Shown in pieces: positions 15,033-25,778 of a stretch of 64,000 bases of DNA. Origin of the DNA: Candidatus Onthousia faecipullorum (GTDB lineage: Bacteria > Bacillota_I > Bacilli_A > RF39 > UBA660); the NCBI GenBank assembly GCA_018715925.1, contig DVKQ01000008.1:1562-65561 (forward strand), written 5' to 3'. Below the pieces are notes generated by a model. The model had not been told where the DNA came from. It did no database searches and saw only the letters and a program-made list of their open reading frames with translations. Every line of letters begins with the position of its first letter. Positions within the stretch are counted from its first letter, which is position 1. A program made the translations under genes and the position numbers.

Positions 15033-17435
15033 CTATTTTACAACTATATTTACTATTTTACCTTTGATAACTATTATCTTAACAATTTCTTTACCTTCAG
15101 TGAATCTCTTTACATTTTCTTGTTCTAAAGCTTTTTCTTTTACTACTTCTTCACTATCATTAACATTTATTGTTATAGTAGCACGTACTTTACCATTTAC
15201 TTGAACTGCTATTTCTTTTTCTGTTTCTACAAGTTTAGACTCATCATATGTAGGCCATTTTTCATAGCATAATGGTTCATATCCTAAAGATTCATTTAAC
15301 TCTTCTGTAATATGAGGAGCGACTGGATTTAATAGTGTTAATAATAAATGATAATCTTCTTTAGTTATACTATCTGAGTCATCATAGGCATTAGTTAGTA
15401 TCATTAATGAAGATATATAAGTGTTATAACTCATTCTTGATAGTGATGAATCTAAGTCTTTTATTGTTTTATTTTGTAAAACTATTAATGAATCTGTAAA
15501 GCCTGTTTTATCATTAACTTTAGACTTTAGACGTTCTACTTTATCTAAGAATCTCTTACATCCTCTTAGTGAATCTGTACTCCATGGAACATCTTGAGTA
15601 TAGTCACCCATAAACATTTCATAAGTTCTAAGAGTATCCGCACCATATTCATTAACTATATCATCAGGATTTATTACATTACCTTTACTTTTACTCATCT
15701 TCTGATTATCTGGTCCTAAAACCATACCATGACTAACACGGACATCAATCATTTCTTTAGATGGAACTAAGCCGATATTATATAAGAACTGTACCCAGAA
15801 TCTTGCATATAGTAAATGTCTTGCTGTATGTTCCATACCTCCATTATACCAATTTACTTTTTGCCAATATTTCATAGCATCCATAGAAGCAAATTCTTTG
15901 TCATTATCTGCATCCATAAATCTTAAGAAATACCAAGATGAACCTGCCCAGTTAGGCATAGTATCAGTCTCACGTCTTGCAGGACCACCACAGCATGGAC
16001 AAGTTGTATTAACCCAGTCTGTTATTTTAGCAAGAGGTGATTCTCCAGTATCTGTTGGTTCATATTCTGCAACATCTGGAAGTAGTAAAGGTAGGTCTTT
16101 CTCATCCATAGGTTGCCATCCACATTTCTCACAGTATATCATTGGTATTGGTTCTCCCCAGAATCTTTGTCTTGAGAAAATCCAGTCTTGTAAACGATAG
16201 TTTGTTTTTTCTCTTCCTAAATTATTTTCTTTTAAGTACTCTAGCATTCTATTTATAGAGTCTTTTTTATTTGTATAACCATTTAAGAAATCAGAATTAA
16301 CCATTTTTCCATCGCCAGTATAAGCTTCTTTAGAAATATCTCCCCCTTCAATTACTTCAATGATTGGAATATTATATTTCTTAGCAAAGTCATAATCTCT
16401 TTGGTCATGAGCAGGGACTGCCATAATTGCACCTGTTCCATAACCCATCATAACATAGTCAGAGATAAAGACGTCAACAGTCTTGCCACTTACAGGATTC
16501 TTTACAGTTATACCTTCTAGTTTTACACCAGTTTTATCTTTGTTTACTTCTACTCTTTCAAAAGCACTTTTACTTTTAGCGTACTCTTGATACTTTCTTA
16601 CTTCATCCATATTAGTAATTATATCTTTTAGTTTTTCTAATATTGGATGTTCTGGTGCTACTACCATGAAAGTTACACCAAATAATGTATCACATCTTGT
16701 AGTATAGACAGTTAATTTATCATTAGTCTCTTCAATAGTAAAATCTATTTCTGCACCTGTTGACTTACCTATCCAGTTTATTTGTCCTAGTTTTACACGT
16801 TCTGCAAAGTTTGTATCATCTAAACCTTTAAGTAAATCTTCGGCATAATTACTCATTCTTAACATCCATTGTTCTTTTTCTTTTTGAACAACTTTACTAC
16901 CACATCTCTCACATACACCACCAGCTGCATCTTCATTTGACAATACACTTTTACAAGTTGGACACCAATTTACATCTTTCTTAGCTTTATAAGCCATACC
17001 ATGTTTGTAAAATTGTAAGAACTGCCACTGTGTCCATTTATAGTATTCTGGATCTGTTGTTGAAAATTCTCTATCCCAGTCAAATGAGAATCCTAGTGAC
17101 ATCATTTGTCCTTTAAAGGTTTTTATATTTTCTTTAACAGCATCTTTTGGATGAATATGATTTTTAATAGCATATTGTTCTGCAGGTGCTCCAAAAGCAT
17201 CCCAACCCATTGGGAATAAAACATTATATCCTTGCATACGTTTTACTCTTGCAAGTACATCTTGAGCAGTATAACTTCTAACATGACCTACATGTAATCC
17301 TGCTCCCGATGGATAAGGAAACTCTACTAAAATATAGTATGGTTCTTTATCCTTTTCTCCTGTTACAGCTTTAAAGCACTTATTATTTAGCCAATAATCT
17401 TGCCATTTCTTTTCTATATCATTAATTTTTTCCAT
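15033..17435 (-). CDS. leuS: leucine--tRNA ligase
   Basis: 800 aa with HIGH-type motif HVGHVRSYT, KMSKS, and LeuS-specific editing and zinc regions. Confidence 0.95.
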   Translation of the reverse strand: MEKINDIEKKWQDYWLNNKCFKAVTGEKDKEPYYILVEFPYPSGAGLHVGHVRSYTAQDVLARVKRMQGYNVLFPMGWDAFGAPAEQYAIKNHIHPKDAVKENIKTFKGQMMSLGFSFDWDREFSTTDPEYYKWTQWQFLQFYKHGMAYKAKKDVNWCPTCKSVLSNEDAAGGVCERCGSKVVQKEKEQWMLRMSNYAEDLLKGLDDTNFAERVKLGQINWIGKSTGAEIDFTIEETNDKLTVYTTRCDTLFGVTFMVVAPEHPILEKLKDIITNMDEVRKYQEYAKSKSAFERVEVNKDKTGVKLEGITVKNPVSGKTVDVFISDYVMMGYGTGAIMAVPAHDQRDYDFAKKYNIPIIEVIEGGDISKEAYTGDGKMVNSDFLNGYTNKKDSINRMLEYLKENNLGREKTNYRLQDWIFSRQRFWGEPIPMIYCEKCGWQPMDEKDLPLLLPDVAEYEPTDTGESPLAKITDWVNTTCPCCGGPARRETDTMPNWAGSSWYFLRFMDADNDKEFASMDAMKYWQKVNWYNGGMEHTARHLLYARFWVQFLYNIGLVPSKEMIDVRVSHGMVLGPDNQKMSKSKGNVINPDDIVNEYGADTLRTYEMFMGDYTQDVPWSTDSLRGCKRFLDKVERLKSKVNDKTGFTDSLIVLQNKTIKDLDSSLSRMSYNTYISSLMILTNAYDDSDSITKEDYHLLLTLLNPVAPHITEELNESLGYEPLCYEKWPTYDESKLVETEKEIAVQVNGKVRATITINVNDSEEVVKEKALEQENVKRFTEGKEIVKIIVIKGKIVNIVVK

Positions 17436-17784
17436 TCTTACAACATCCTTTCTTCTTGTATATTCTTCCTACTATATCATAACTTACAATTATTAAGAGC
17501 ATTATTAAGACAAATCCCACTAATAATTGTAAAAGAAAATTCTCAAATAATGAGACAATTGTTACTACTAATGAAATATCAAAAGAACTAACTGCACTAA
17601 TGATATTGAGTAGTCTCTTATAGTTTATTTTATCTAAATCAATATTAAACTTTCCAATCAGGTAGTTAACCTCAACTGGTCTTTTTCTTCTCTTATCTTT
17701 TTTAGCTTTTCTTACTAAGAACAATTCATAGATTATAAATATTAGTAGAAAAGTTAAGATAAATAATATTACTTCTTCTAACAT
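17422..17784 (-). CDS. small membrane protein (2 TM; basic KKDKRRKRP linker; C-terminal KKKGCC), co-transcribed with leuS
   Basis: GGAGG RBS 7 nt upstream of the ATG. It overlaps the leuS start by 14 nt and is located directly after the T-box leader. Confidence 0.5.
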   Translation of the reverse strand: MLEEVILFILTFLLIFIIYELFLVRKAKKDKRRKRPVEVNYLIGKFNIDLDKINYKRLLNIISAVSSFDISLVVTIVSLFENFLLQLLVGFVLIMLLIIVSYDIVGRIYKKKGCCKNGKN

Positions 17785-18002
17785 AAATACCTCCTAATAA
17801 AAATAGATTTCTATTAATAAGGACGAAATTATCCGTGGTACCACCTTATTTCATAGAAATCTATGCACTTTAAAGTTATATCGGACTTATCCGTAAATGT
17901 TTAAGATTATCAAGTTCAAAAAGTTATTTTATTTGTTTCCACCGACCACAAACTCTCTATTAAAATAGGTCTTTTTTACTACTACAACCACATTTAAAAT
18001 CT
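17785..18002 (-). promoter_or_regulatory. T-box riboswitch leader (probable Leu specifier CUU)
   Basis: Near-consensus T-box sequence AAUAAGGUGGUACCACGG on the minus strand (plus 17831-17850). An AGAGAG GA-motif and a CUUA candidate specifier (~17903) lie upstream. Its position upstream of leuS is typical. Confidence 0.55.
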
Positions 18003-18008
18003 AGTATT

Positions 18009-18037
18009 ATTATACGAAATATTGTGATGTAATGCAA
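18009..18037 (-). promoter_or_regulatory. sigma-A promoter TTGCAT-17-TATAAT for the T-box/leuS transcript
   Basis: -35 at 18032-18037 and -10 at 18009-18014, both on the minus strand. Confidence 0.55.
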
Positions 18038-18901
18038 CTACTTTTTGTTAATACTATATGTCTTTACTCTATAAACTCTATCTGTATGAACAATAGAATT
18101 ACATATTGAAAGCATATCTTCTTTTTGAAGTGAACATAGACATGAGCTCTTTCTATTATAGGTAGGGAACATAGTAATAATTTTATTAGTATTAGGTATA
18201 GTCGCAGCACGTATAAAATTTAAATTTCTACCATCATAATCGCTTACTCCTACATTAGCAAATCTAAAAATATATGTATCAGAAAAATCCCAATTTAATT
18301 TTATTTCTCTTTTTTCAAACTCTATATTTCTTGATATAGCAAGAAATAATTCTTCTAAATCATATTTGCTATAAAAAATTGTTCCTGTATTAGTATTTGG
18401 AATATTATCTTTACTGGTATGTCTTAATGCAATATGTTCTAAAGCTTTTTTATGATTATATTTTATATATTGTTCTTCTTTATAATCTAATGCACTAGGT
18501 GTATCTATTTTCTTATCTACAAATAGTTTTAAAAACACCTGTAATCTTCTTAAGTATTTTTTAGCATTTATTATATCTTTTTCTTTCTTTAAATCTTGAA
18601 AGGTTCTATTTTTGTTTTTCTTCCACAAATTGTATAGTTTCTCATATTTTTCTAACTTAATATAGACTTCACTTAGACTTTTAAAAGCACAAAAATAATT
18701 TGAATCTTGTCCTTTCAATATTTCTAAAGCTTCTTTTAGTTGTCCTCTTCCTGTATAGATATTTGCAAGAATTGTGGCAATTTCTGCATCATTATTAAAA
18801 TCAAGATATCCTTTTAGTAAAATTTCTGCTTTTTTTATATCTCCATTTTCAATGTTTTCTTTAGCTTCATTTAAAATTGTTATTTTTATATCATTTCCCA
18901 T
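18038..18901 (-). CDS. TPR-repeat protein with an uncharacterised C-terminal domain
   Basis: N-terminal TPR-like helices (AEILLKGYLD...ANIYTGRGQLKEALEIL). The C-terminal ~150 aa are unassigned. Confidence 0.5.
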   Translation of the reverse strand: MGNDIKITILNEAKENIENGDIKKAEILLKGYLDFNNDAEIATILANIYTGRGQLKEALEILKGQDSNYFCAFKSLSEVYIKLEKYEKLYNLWKKNKNRTFQDLKKEKDIINAKKYLRRLQVFLKLFVDKKIDTPSALDYKEEQYIKYNHKKALEHIALRHTSKDNIPNTNTGTIFYSKYDLEELFLAISRNIEFEKREIKLNWDFSDTYIFRFANVGVSDYDGRNLNFIRAATIPNTNKIITMFPTYNRKSSCLCSLQKEDMLSICNSIVHTDRVYRVKTYSINKK

Positions 18902-18976
18902 AGCTCTTCTCCGTTTTATCTATTGTAGTACAGAATGAGAAGATGAGCAAGTGGAAATTATAGGCAAATAATGACA

Positions 18977-19600
18977 TTATTTTGTTTTCTTATTTACTTT
19001 AGAATCTAGTTCACTTACTAAATTACCACACATAAGTCCAATATAAGCTCCTACTGCTGTAATTATAATCCAAAAAGAAGTATCTTCCATATTTACTTTA
19101 TTACTTTCTCTTACTGTTATTACACTATCGTAATTAACATTTTTAATACTTATTTCTTCTAAAATATTTTCATAGCTTGCAGGTAATTCTCTAGTTTCTA
19201 CTTGATATTCATCAGTATTATCATAATTAGTTATTGCAGATAAAGAGTTCCCATTCTCAAATTGATTTTGTTTTGTTGCTATTTCTTCATCTGTTAAACT
19301 ATCATTTAAAAATCCATATACATCTACATCATAATTATCTTTTGTTTGTGTATAGCTTTTAATCTCTAATTCTTTCATTTCTTCTATCTCATCAGATGTT
19401 AAAAACTGTGAATTTGGATTTAATCTTGTTAAACCTTCTGTTGTCCTAATAGTGGCATCTGTGGTTACTTGATAAGTCTCTATATAATCTCTTATAAACG
19501 GTTTCCTATCGTTTAGAGCAAAAACTGCTCCTCCTACTATTAAGCCTCCTGTAACAGCTCCTATTGTTAAGTTTCTAATACTTTTATTTTTGTCTTTCAT
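18977..19600 (-). CDS. hypothetical membrane protein (N- and C-terminal TM helices)
   Basis: 207 aa with TM segments at both ends. Confidence 0.5.
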   Translation of the reverse strand: MKDKNKSIRNLTIGAVTGGLIVGGAVFALNDRKPFIRDYIETYQVTTDATIRTTEGLTRLNPNSQFLTSDEIEEMKELEIKSYTQTKDNYDVDVYGFLNDSLTDEEIATKQNQFENGNSLSAITNYDNTDEYQVETRELPASYENILEEISIKNVNYDSVITVRESNKVNMEDTSFWIIITAVGAYIGLMCGNLVSELDSKVNKKTK

Positions 19601-19667
19601 ACTACTTCCTCCTCGAGATACTCTTTATTATAACATCTTTTCTTTTATAGTCGACAAAAAAGAGACA

Positions 19668-20036
19668 TTATTTTGCCTCTTCTTTAACACTATCATCTAC
19701 TAATTTGATGATAGCAAGTAATGCTCCATCTCCACGACGTTCACCTAATTTAAATATTTGTGTATATCCACCATTTCTACTTGCGTAACGTGGAGCTAGT
19801 TCATTAAATATTTTATTTACAACAGCTTTATCATTATGTAAGAAAGCTAGGGCTCTACGACGACTACCAAGATCTCCCTTCTTACCATAAGTAATCATTT
19901 TATCAACAGCTTTTCTAACTTCTTTAGCTCTTGTTTCAGTAGTTGTTATTTGGCCATTCATAATTACTTGTTTAGTAAGAGTTGCTAACATACTTCTTCT
20001 GTGTTTATTATCAACGCCTAATTTTCTATATGCCAT
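19668..20036 (-). CDS. rplQ: 50S ribosomal protein L17
   Basis: L17 family sequence, located after rpoA. Confidence 0.9.
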   Translation of the reverse strand: MAYRKLGVDNKHRRSMLATLTKQVIMNGQITTTETRAKEVRKAVDKMITYGKKGDLGSRRRALAFLHNDKAVVNKIFNELAPRYASRNGGYTQIFKLGERRGDGALLAIIKLVDDSVKEEAK

Positions 20037-20048
20037 AAGTTTACCTCC

Positions 20049-20999
20049 TTAATCATCTTCTCTTAGGTCAAGCCCTAATTCTTTAATTTTATCTAATACT
20101 TCTTTTAATGATTTCTTTCCTAAGTTACGGATTTTCATCATATCGTTTTCACTCTTATTAACTAAATCTTGTAGTGTATGTACACCTGCTCTTTTTAAGC
20201 AGTTATATGCTCTTACTGAGAAGTCTAAATCTTCAATAGATGTTTCTAATGCTTTTGTCTTAGGATCTTCTGTTTTTTCTATCATCATACCACTTACATT
20301 AGAGATATCACTTAATTCTGTAACTAGTTTAAAGTGTTCGATTAAGATTTTAGCAGCTAGGGCAATAGACTCTTCTGGTTTAATAGAACCATTAGTCCAT
20401 ACTTCCATTACTAATTTATCATAACTTTCATCTTGTCCAACTCTAGCACTTTCTACTTCATATGAAACTCTTTCAATTGGAGAATAGATTGCATCCATAG
20501 CGATGAAACCATTTTTCTTATCATCTTCTCTTAGATTAGAGTCTTCACTCTTAACATAACCACGACCATTAGTAACAATCATAGTCATATTTATTGATCC
20601 ACCTTTAGCAAGATTGGCGATAACATGATCTTTATTGATTATTTCAATATCACTATCTGCTTCAATATCTGCAGCTGTTACTACTCCTTCTCCTTCTTTT
20701 TTTAGAGTAATTATTTTAGTATCTTCTGTATGATTCTTAACAACTACTCCTTTTAAGTTAAGGATAATTGTAGTTACATCTTCTATAACTCCATCCATAG
20801 TTTGGAATTCATGTAATACTCCATCAATTTTAACAGCACTAATTGCACTACCTGGTAATGATGATAACATTACTCTTCTTAAAGCATTTCCTAAAGTTGT
20901 ACCAAAACCTCTTTCTAGTGGTTCTAGTTCAAATTTTCCATAGAAATTATTTTCTACATAATCAGTAATTTTATAAACTGGTTTTTCAAATTCTATCAA
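20049..20999 (-). CDS. rpoA: DNA-directed RNA polymerase subunit alpha
   Basis: Alpha NTD/CTD conserved. Start set to TTG (LIEFEKP) with a GGGAGG RBS. The longer track ORF overlaps rpsK. Confidence 0.9.
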   Translation of the reverse strand: MIEFEKPVYKITDYVENNFYGKFELEPLERGFGTTLGNALRRVMLSSLPGSAISAVKIDGVLHEFQTMDGVIEDVTTIILNLKGVVVKNHTEDTKIITLKKEGEGVVTAADIEADSDIEIINKDHVIANLAKGGSINMTMIVTNGRGYVKSEDSNLREDDKKNGFIAMDAIYSPIERVSYEVESARVGQDESYDKLVMEVWTNGSIKPEESIALAAKILIEHFKLVTELSDISNVSGMMIEKTEDPKTKALETSIEDLDFSVRAYNCLKRAGVHTLQDLVNKSENDMMKIRNLGKKSLKEVLDKIKELGLDLREDD

Positions 21000-21018
21000 T
21001 TTATTAACCTCCCTTTTA

Positions 21019-21402
21019 TTATCCACGAGGACGCTTTGGTGGACGGCATCCATTATGTGGAATTGGTGTAACATCAGTAATTCCTGTTACTTCAAGACCT
21101 GCTGTTTGAAGTGATCTAATTGCTGTTTCTCTTCCTGGTCCTAATCCTTTAACAAATACTTCTACTTTACGCATTCCCATATCATATGCAGCTTTTCCTG
21201 CTTGCTCTGATGCCATACCTGCTGCGAATGGTGTTGATTTCTTACTTCCTTTAAATCCTAGTGCACCAGCTGATGCCCAACTTACAGTGTTACCATCTTT
21301 ATCTGTAATAGTAATAATTGTATTATTAAAAGTTGCACCAATATGTACTACACCTTCAGGTATATTCTTTTTAACTTTTCTTTTTCTTGTTTTATAAGCC
21401 AT
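21019..21402 (-). CDS. rpsK: 30S ribosomal protein S11
   Basis: S11 family. Confidence 0.9.
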   Translation of the reverse strand: MAYKTRKRKVKKNIPEGVVHIGATFNNTIITITDKDGNTVSWASAGALGFKGSKKSTPFAAGMASEQAGKAAYDMGMRKVEVFVKGLGPGRETAIRSLQTAGLEVTGITDVTPIPHNGCRPPKRPRG

Positions 21403-21415
21403 AATAACCTCCTAA

Positions 21416-21781
21416 CTACTTTTTCTTGTTAGCTACTACTTTACCTCTACCCTTACGAGTACGAGCATTTCTATTTGTTCTTTGACCTCTTACAGGTAAT
21501 CCTTTTTTATGACGTGTTCCTTGATATGAATTTATTTCCATTTTAGTCTTAATATTCATACTAACTTCACGACGTAAATCACCTTCAGTTGGATGTTTAT
21601 TAATTTCATCTCTTAGAGCGATTAACTCTTCTTGAGTTAAATCTCCTGCTTTCTTAGTTGGGTCAACTTTAGCATTTTTACAGATTTTCTTTGCTAAACT
21701 TCTACCAATACCATAGATATATGTAAGTGATATACATATATGTTTGTCATTTGGAATATCTACACCTTTAATACGTGCCAT
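21416..21781 (-). CDS. rpsM: 30S ribosomal protein S13
   Basis: S13 family. Confidence 0.9.
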   Translation of the reverse strand: MARIKGVDIPNDKHICISLTYIYGIGRSLAKKICKNAKVDPTKKAGDLTQEELIALRDEINKHPTEGDLRREVSMNIKTKMEINSYQGTRHKKGLPVRGQRTNRNARTRKGRGKVVANKKK

Positions 21782-21796
21782 AACTTCTCCTCCTTA

Positions 21797-21910
21797 TTAA
21801 CCTTGTACTTGTTTGTGTTTTGGATTTTCACAAATTACTCTGATTTTACCTTTTCTTCTTACTATTTTGCATTTTGGGCAAATTTTCTTTACACTTGCTC
21901 TTACTTTCAT
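21797..21910 (-). CDS. rpmJ: 50S ribosomal protein L36
   Basis: Manual translation [37 protein letters not shown]. Below the track's size cutoff. Confidence 0.9.
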   Translation of the reverse strand: MKVRASVKKICPKCKIVRRKGKIRVICENPKHKQVQG

Positions 21911-21924
21911 TTTTATCCCTCCTA

Positions 21925-22140
21925 TTATTTACGATAGGTAATACGCCCACGTGTTAAATCATAAGGTGATAGTTCTAACATAACGGTATCCCCCGGTAAG
22001 ATGCGAATGTAGTTCATTCGTATTTTACCAGAAACGTGAGCTTCTACTATATGTCCGTTTTCTAGTTGTACTTTGAACTTACCACCTGGTATAATTTCTA
22101 GAACTTTACCTTCAACTTCAATAACATCATCTTTAGCCAT
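21925..22140 (-). CDS. infA: translation initiation factor IF-1
   Basis: S1-like IF-1 family, 71 aa. Confidence 0.9.
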   Translation of the reverse strand: MAKDDVIEVEGKVLEIIPGGKFKVQLENGHIVEAHVSGKIRMNYIRILPGDTVMLELSPYDLTRGRITYRK

Positions 22141-22144
22141 TCTT

Positions 22145-22891
22145 TCACTCTCCTGTTAATATAATAACTCCTTCATTAGTAATCGCTATTGTATGTTCAA
22201 AATGTGCTGATAATGAAGAGTCTTCTGTTTTAATGGTCCAGTCATTATCTTCAACATAGATATCTGGACTTCCTAAAGTTAACATTGGTTCAATGGCAAT
22301 AACCATGCCATCTCTAATTTTAGGTCCTGTTCCTTTAGTACCATAGTTTGGAACATCAGGGGACTCATGTACACTGGTTCCAACACCATGTCCTACTAAT
22401 TCTTTAACGACACCTAAGTTATGTTCTGTTGCATATTTTTCAACGGCATAACTGATATCGCCTATTCTATTACCGACTTTCGCTTGTTTAATACCTTCAT
22501 ATAAAGCTTTTTCTGTATGTTCTAATAGATATTTAGCATCATCACTTGCTTCACCTACTGTGTATGTCCAAGCTGAGTCACCATGATATCCTTTATAACA
22601 AGCTCCTATATCTATTGATATTATATCTCCTTCTTTTAGTACTCTTTCACTAGGAAAGCCATGAACAACTTCATCATTAATACTTATGCAAAGTGTAGAA
22701 GGAAAGCCTTCATAACCTTTAAATGAAGGAGTCGCTCCTTTACTTCTAATGAATTTTTCGGCAAGAGAATCTAACTCTTTTGTTTTGATACCAGCTTTAA
22801 TATGGGGACGTAAATACTGATGAGTAAGATAGACAATATGTCCAGCTTCTTTCAATAACTCAATTTCTCTTTTACTTTTTAGAGTAATCAT
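22145..22891 (-). CDS. map: type I methionine aminopeptidase
   Basis: MetAP metal-ligand residues and fold. Confidence 0.9.
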   Translation of the reverse strand: MITLKSKREIELLKEAGHIVYLTHQYLRPHIKAGIKTKELDSLAEKFIRSKGATPSFKGYEGFPSTLCISINDEVVHGFPSERVLKEGDIISIDIGACYKGYHGDSAWTYTVGEASDDAKYLLEHTEKALYEGIKQAKVGNRIGDISYAVEKYATEHNLGVVKELVGHGVGTSVHESPDVPNYGTKGTGPKIRDGMVIAIEPMLTLGSPDIYVEDNDWTIKTEDSSLSAHFEHTIAITNEGVIILTGE

Positions 22892-22894
22892 TAT

Positions 22895-23554
22895 TTACAT
22901 CCCCTTTTTTAAAACTGCATCTATTTTCTTAGAAACTTCCTCTACTGAGTCATTTCCATTGATTACATATAATATACCTTTTTTGGCATAATAGTCAAGT
23001 AGTGGTTTAGTTTTTTCTATATATAAATTATATCTATTCTTAAATGAAGTTATGTTATCATCATTTCTTTGATATAATTTACCATTACATTTATCACAGA
23101 TTGACTCTTGTATAGGTTTCTCATTATCGGAATTTATGTTATAAACACTTCCACAGTCTTCACAGATTCTTCTTCCTGTTATTCTTTTTTCAAGTACTTC
23201 TTCAGAAATATCTAACTGAATGACATAACCTAGTTCTTGGTTAAGACTTTTAAGTATCTCATCATATTTATAGGCTTGTTCAATATTTCTTGGAAAACCA
23301 TCTAAGACATAACCATTTTTACAATCATCTTGTGATAAACGTGCTTTTAGAAGTTCATAAGTAACTTCATCTTTTACTAAGCCTCCACTACTTAATACTT
23401 CAGAAATATATCTGCCTAATTCACTATCTTTTTTAGATTCTTCTCTTAAGATATCTCCTGTTGAGATATGTGGTAGGTTATATTTCTTTTCTAAAATAGC
23501 ACTTTGTGTCCCCTTACCTGCAGCAGGTGGGGCGATAAAAATTATATTTTTCAT
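22895..23554 (-). CDS. adk: adenylate kinase (zinc-lid type)
   Basis: P-loop GAPGAGKGTQ-like PPAAGKGTQ and a CxxC...CxxC lid. Confidence 0.9.
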   Translation of the reverse strand: MKNIIFIAPPAAGKGTQSAILEKKYNLPHISTGDILREESKKDSELGRYISEVLSSGGLVKDEVTYELLKARLSQDDCKNGYVLDGFPRNIEQAYKYDEILKSLNQELGYVIQLDISEEVLEKRITGRRICEDCGSVYNINSDNEKPIQESICDKCNGKLYQRNDDNITSFKNRYNLYIEKTKPLLDYYAKKGILYVINGNDSVEEVSKKIDAVLKKGM

Positions 23555-24813
23555 CTTCTAGCATAACCCTTCTTATAATTTCTAGAAAGAAGACTTCCTT
23601 CTATTTGTTTATAAGTCTCTAGGGCAACTCCTACAACAATTAGTAACCCTGTACCACCAATACTAACACTTGTTGGTAAGCTTGTTACGTTTGAAAATAT
23701 TATTGGTAAGGCTACGATAATTGCTAGGAAGACTGAGCCTAGACAAGTTATTCTTGTTAATACTTTTGATAAGTAAGTTTTAGTTTCATTACCTGGTCTA
23801 ATTCCTGGAATGTAACCTCCACTTTCTTGAAGATTTTTAGCAAAGTCTTCTGGTTTGAAAACCATATAAGTATATACAAATCCAAATAAGAATATAAATA
23901 TTACATAGATTATAAATCCTACAGGTGTTGTATAGGTTAAGTAGTTTTCTACAAAAAGACTAAAGCCTTCATTATTTATTAATCCTGCAATAATTCCGGG
24001 AATTGCCATTAGACTTGATGCAAATATTACAGGCACAACCCCAGCGGTATTTACTTTAATTGGTACATATGAAGCACTTTGTCCATATGTTGTTGATTTA
24101 TTAGCATATTGAATTGGAACTTTTCTCTCTGCCATTTGTACGAAGATAACTCCAACGATAATAGCAAAGTAGATTATTGCAAATAGGATAAATTTAACTA
24201 CTCCTAATGTTATTTCCTGTGCTGTTCCATCAAAGACTACAAGTCCTTGGAATGCATCAATGAACATCTGTGGTAGAGTAGCAATAATTCCTGCCATGAT
24301 TATTAGACTTAAACCATTACCGATACCTTTTCTTGTAATTTGATCTCCTAACCAAAGTAGAAAAGCTGTACCTGCTGTTAATACTACTGATATATAGATA
24401 TATTCAGTGGCACTTGCACTTCTACCCAAGAACATAAATGAGAAGGCATAACCTTGAATGAAAGCAAATAGTATTCCCATATATCTTGAGTAGGTGTTTA
24501 TTTTTTGTCTACCTACATGTCCTTGTTTATTTAATTCTTGAAAATAAGGAATTAGTTCTCCTAATAGTTGCATAACAATCGTTGCTGTAATATAAGGCAT
24601 AACACCTAAAGCAAAGATTGAAAAGTTTTGTAAAGCTCCGCCACCCATAGTATTAACTAATTCTAGAAATCCTAAATTACTAGTAATACTTTCAGTTCCT
24701 GGAACTTGAATAGTTGTTCCTATTATAAATATTGCTAATGCTACTAAAGTAAAACCTATTCTTTTTAATAAATCTCTATTTGTAGGCTTAAATAATTGCT
24801 TCAATAGAGGCAT
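23551..24813 (-). CDS. secY: preprotein translocase subunit SecY
   Basis: 10-TM SecY family. Confidence 0.9.
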   Translation of the reverse strand: MPLLKQLFKPTNRDLLKRIGFTLVALAIFIIGTTIQVPGTESITSNLGFLELVNTMGGGALQNFSIFALGVMPYITATIVMQLLGELIPYFQELNKQGHVGRQKINTYSRYMGILFAFIQGYAFSFMFLGRSASATEYIYISVVLTAGTAFLLWLGDQITRKGIGNGLSLIIMAGIIATLPQMFIDAFQGLVVFDGTAQEITLGVVKFILFAIIYFAIIVGVIFVQMAERKVPIQYANKSTTYGQSASYVPIKVNTAGVVPVIFASSLMAIPGIIAGLINNEGFSLFVENYLTYTTPVGFIIYVIFIFLFGFVYTYMVFKPEDFAKNLQESGGYIPGIRPGNETKTYLSKVLTRITCLGSVFLAIIVALPIIFSNVTSLPTSVSIGGTGLLIVVGVALETYKQIEGSLLSRNYKKGYARR

Positions 24814-24814
24814 C

Positions 24815-25258
24815 TTAGATCACCTCGGCTTTACTTCCTGATTCTTCTATTTTTCTTAAAGCACTACTTGAAAATCTATGAGCTTGTATAGTTATTTTCT
24901 TTTCAAGTGTACCATTTCCTAATACTTTAATTCCATCTAGCTGTTTTTTAACAATTCCTTTTTCTTTAAGTAATGCTGGTGTAACAACATCTCCATCATT
25001 AAATACATTTAAGTCAGATAGATTAATTACGGCATATACTGTTTTAAAATCATGATTACTAAATCCTCTTTTTGGAAGACGTCTATATAGTGGTAATTGT
25101 CCACCTTCGAATACTGGTGAAACTCCTCCACCACTACGAGCGTTTTGTCCTTTTTGTCCACGTCCTGATGTTTTACCAAGTCCTGAACCAGATCCACGTC
25201 CTACTATTTTTTTACGGAAAGTAGCTCCTTCATTTTTCTTTAATTCATGTAACTTCAT
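24815..25258 (-). CDS. rplO: 50S ribosomal protein L15
   Basis: L15 family. Confidence 0.9.
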   Translation of the reverse strand: MKLHELKKNEGATFRKKIVGRGSGSGLGKTSGRGQKGQNARSGGGVSPVFEGGQLPLYRRLPKRGFSNHDFKTVYAVINLSDLNVFNDGDVVTPALLKEKGIVKKQLDGIKVLGNGTLEKKITIQAHRFSSSALRKIEESGSKAEVI

Positions 25259-25767
25259 TATCCTAAAATCTCCTCTACACTTTTACCACGAAGTTTTGCA
25301 ACTTCTTCAGCAGTTTTAATACTCTTAAGACCATTTATAGCAGCATTTGCCATATTTAGTTTAGTTCTAGCTCCAAGAGATTTTGATACAACATCACGAA
25401 CTCCAGCTAATTCAAGGACAGCTCTTACACTACCTCCAGCAATGATACCAGTACCTTCTTTAGCTGGTTTTAACATTACTTTAGCAGCTCCACTTACTCC
25501 TATTACTTCATGAGCAATAGTTCTTCCATCAATTAAATCTATAGTAATCATATTCTTATTAGCATTGCTTATTGCTTTCTTAATAGCATCTGGTACTTCA
25601 AAAGCTTTACCTGTACCGATACCAACATGTCCTTTACGATCTCCAACAACAACAACTGCAGAAAAACGACGTTGACGTCCACCTTTGGTAACTTTAACTA
25701 CACTTTTAAGTTGAACGACTAGTTCTTCAGTTTGTTTTTCTTTGGCATCGTTTGTTTGTTTTTGCAT
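25258..25767 (-). CDS. rpsE: 30S ribosomal protein S5
   Basis: S5 family. It abuts rplO directly, so no rpmD lies between them. Confidence 0.9.
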   Translation of the reverse strand: MQKQTNDAKEKQTEELVVQLKSVVKVTKGGRQRRFSAVVVVGDRKGHVGIGTGKAFEVPDAIKKAISNANKNMITIDLIDGRTIAHEVIGVSGAAKVMLKPAKEGTGIIAGGSVRAVLELAGVRDVVSKSLGARTKLNMANAAINGLKSIKTAEEVAKLRGKSVEEILG

Positions 25768-25778
25768 ATTTACCCTCC

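Noticed and set aside
15898-16200. Antisense shadow ORFs inside conserved genes. The example at 15898-16200 lies within leuS. The others lie within rpoB/rpoC at 50549-50761, 52162-52458, 53640-53996 and 54681-54890, and within ribosomal genes at 21740-21937, 28130-28321, 29900-30241, 30266-30559, 58831-59016, 60020-60250, 60299-60586 and 61877-62215.
   Set aside because: They lie opposite strongly conserved coding sequence, have biased low-complexity composition, and lack an SD. This is the typical AT-rich-genome artefact.
20999-21074. Longer rpoA ORF (start MLHQFHIMD...)
   Set aside because: It overlaps the rpsK coding region. The conserved rpoA N-terminus begins at the TTG (LIEFEKP), which has a GGGAGG RBS.
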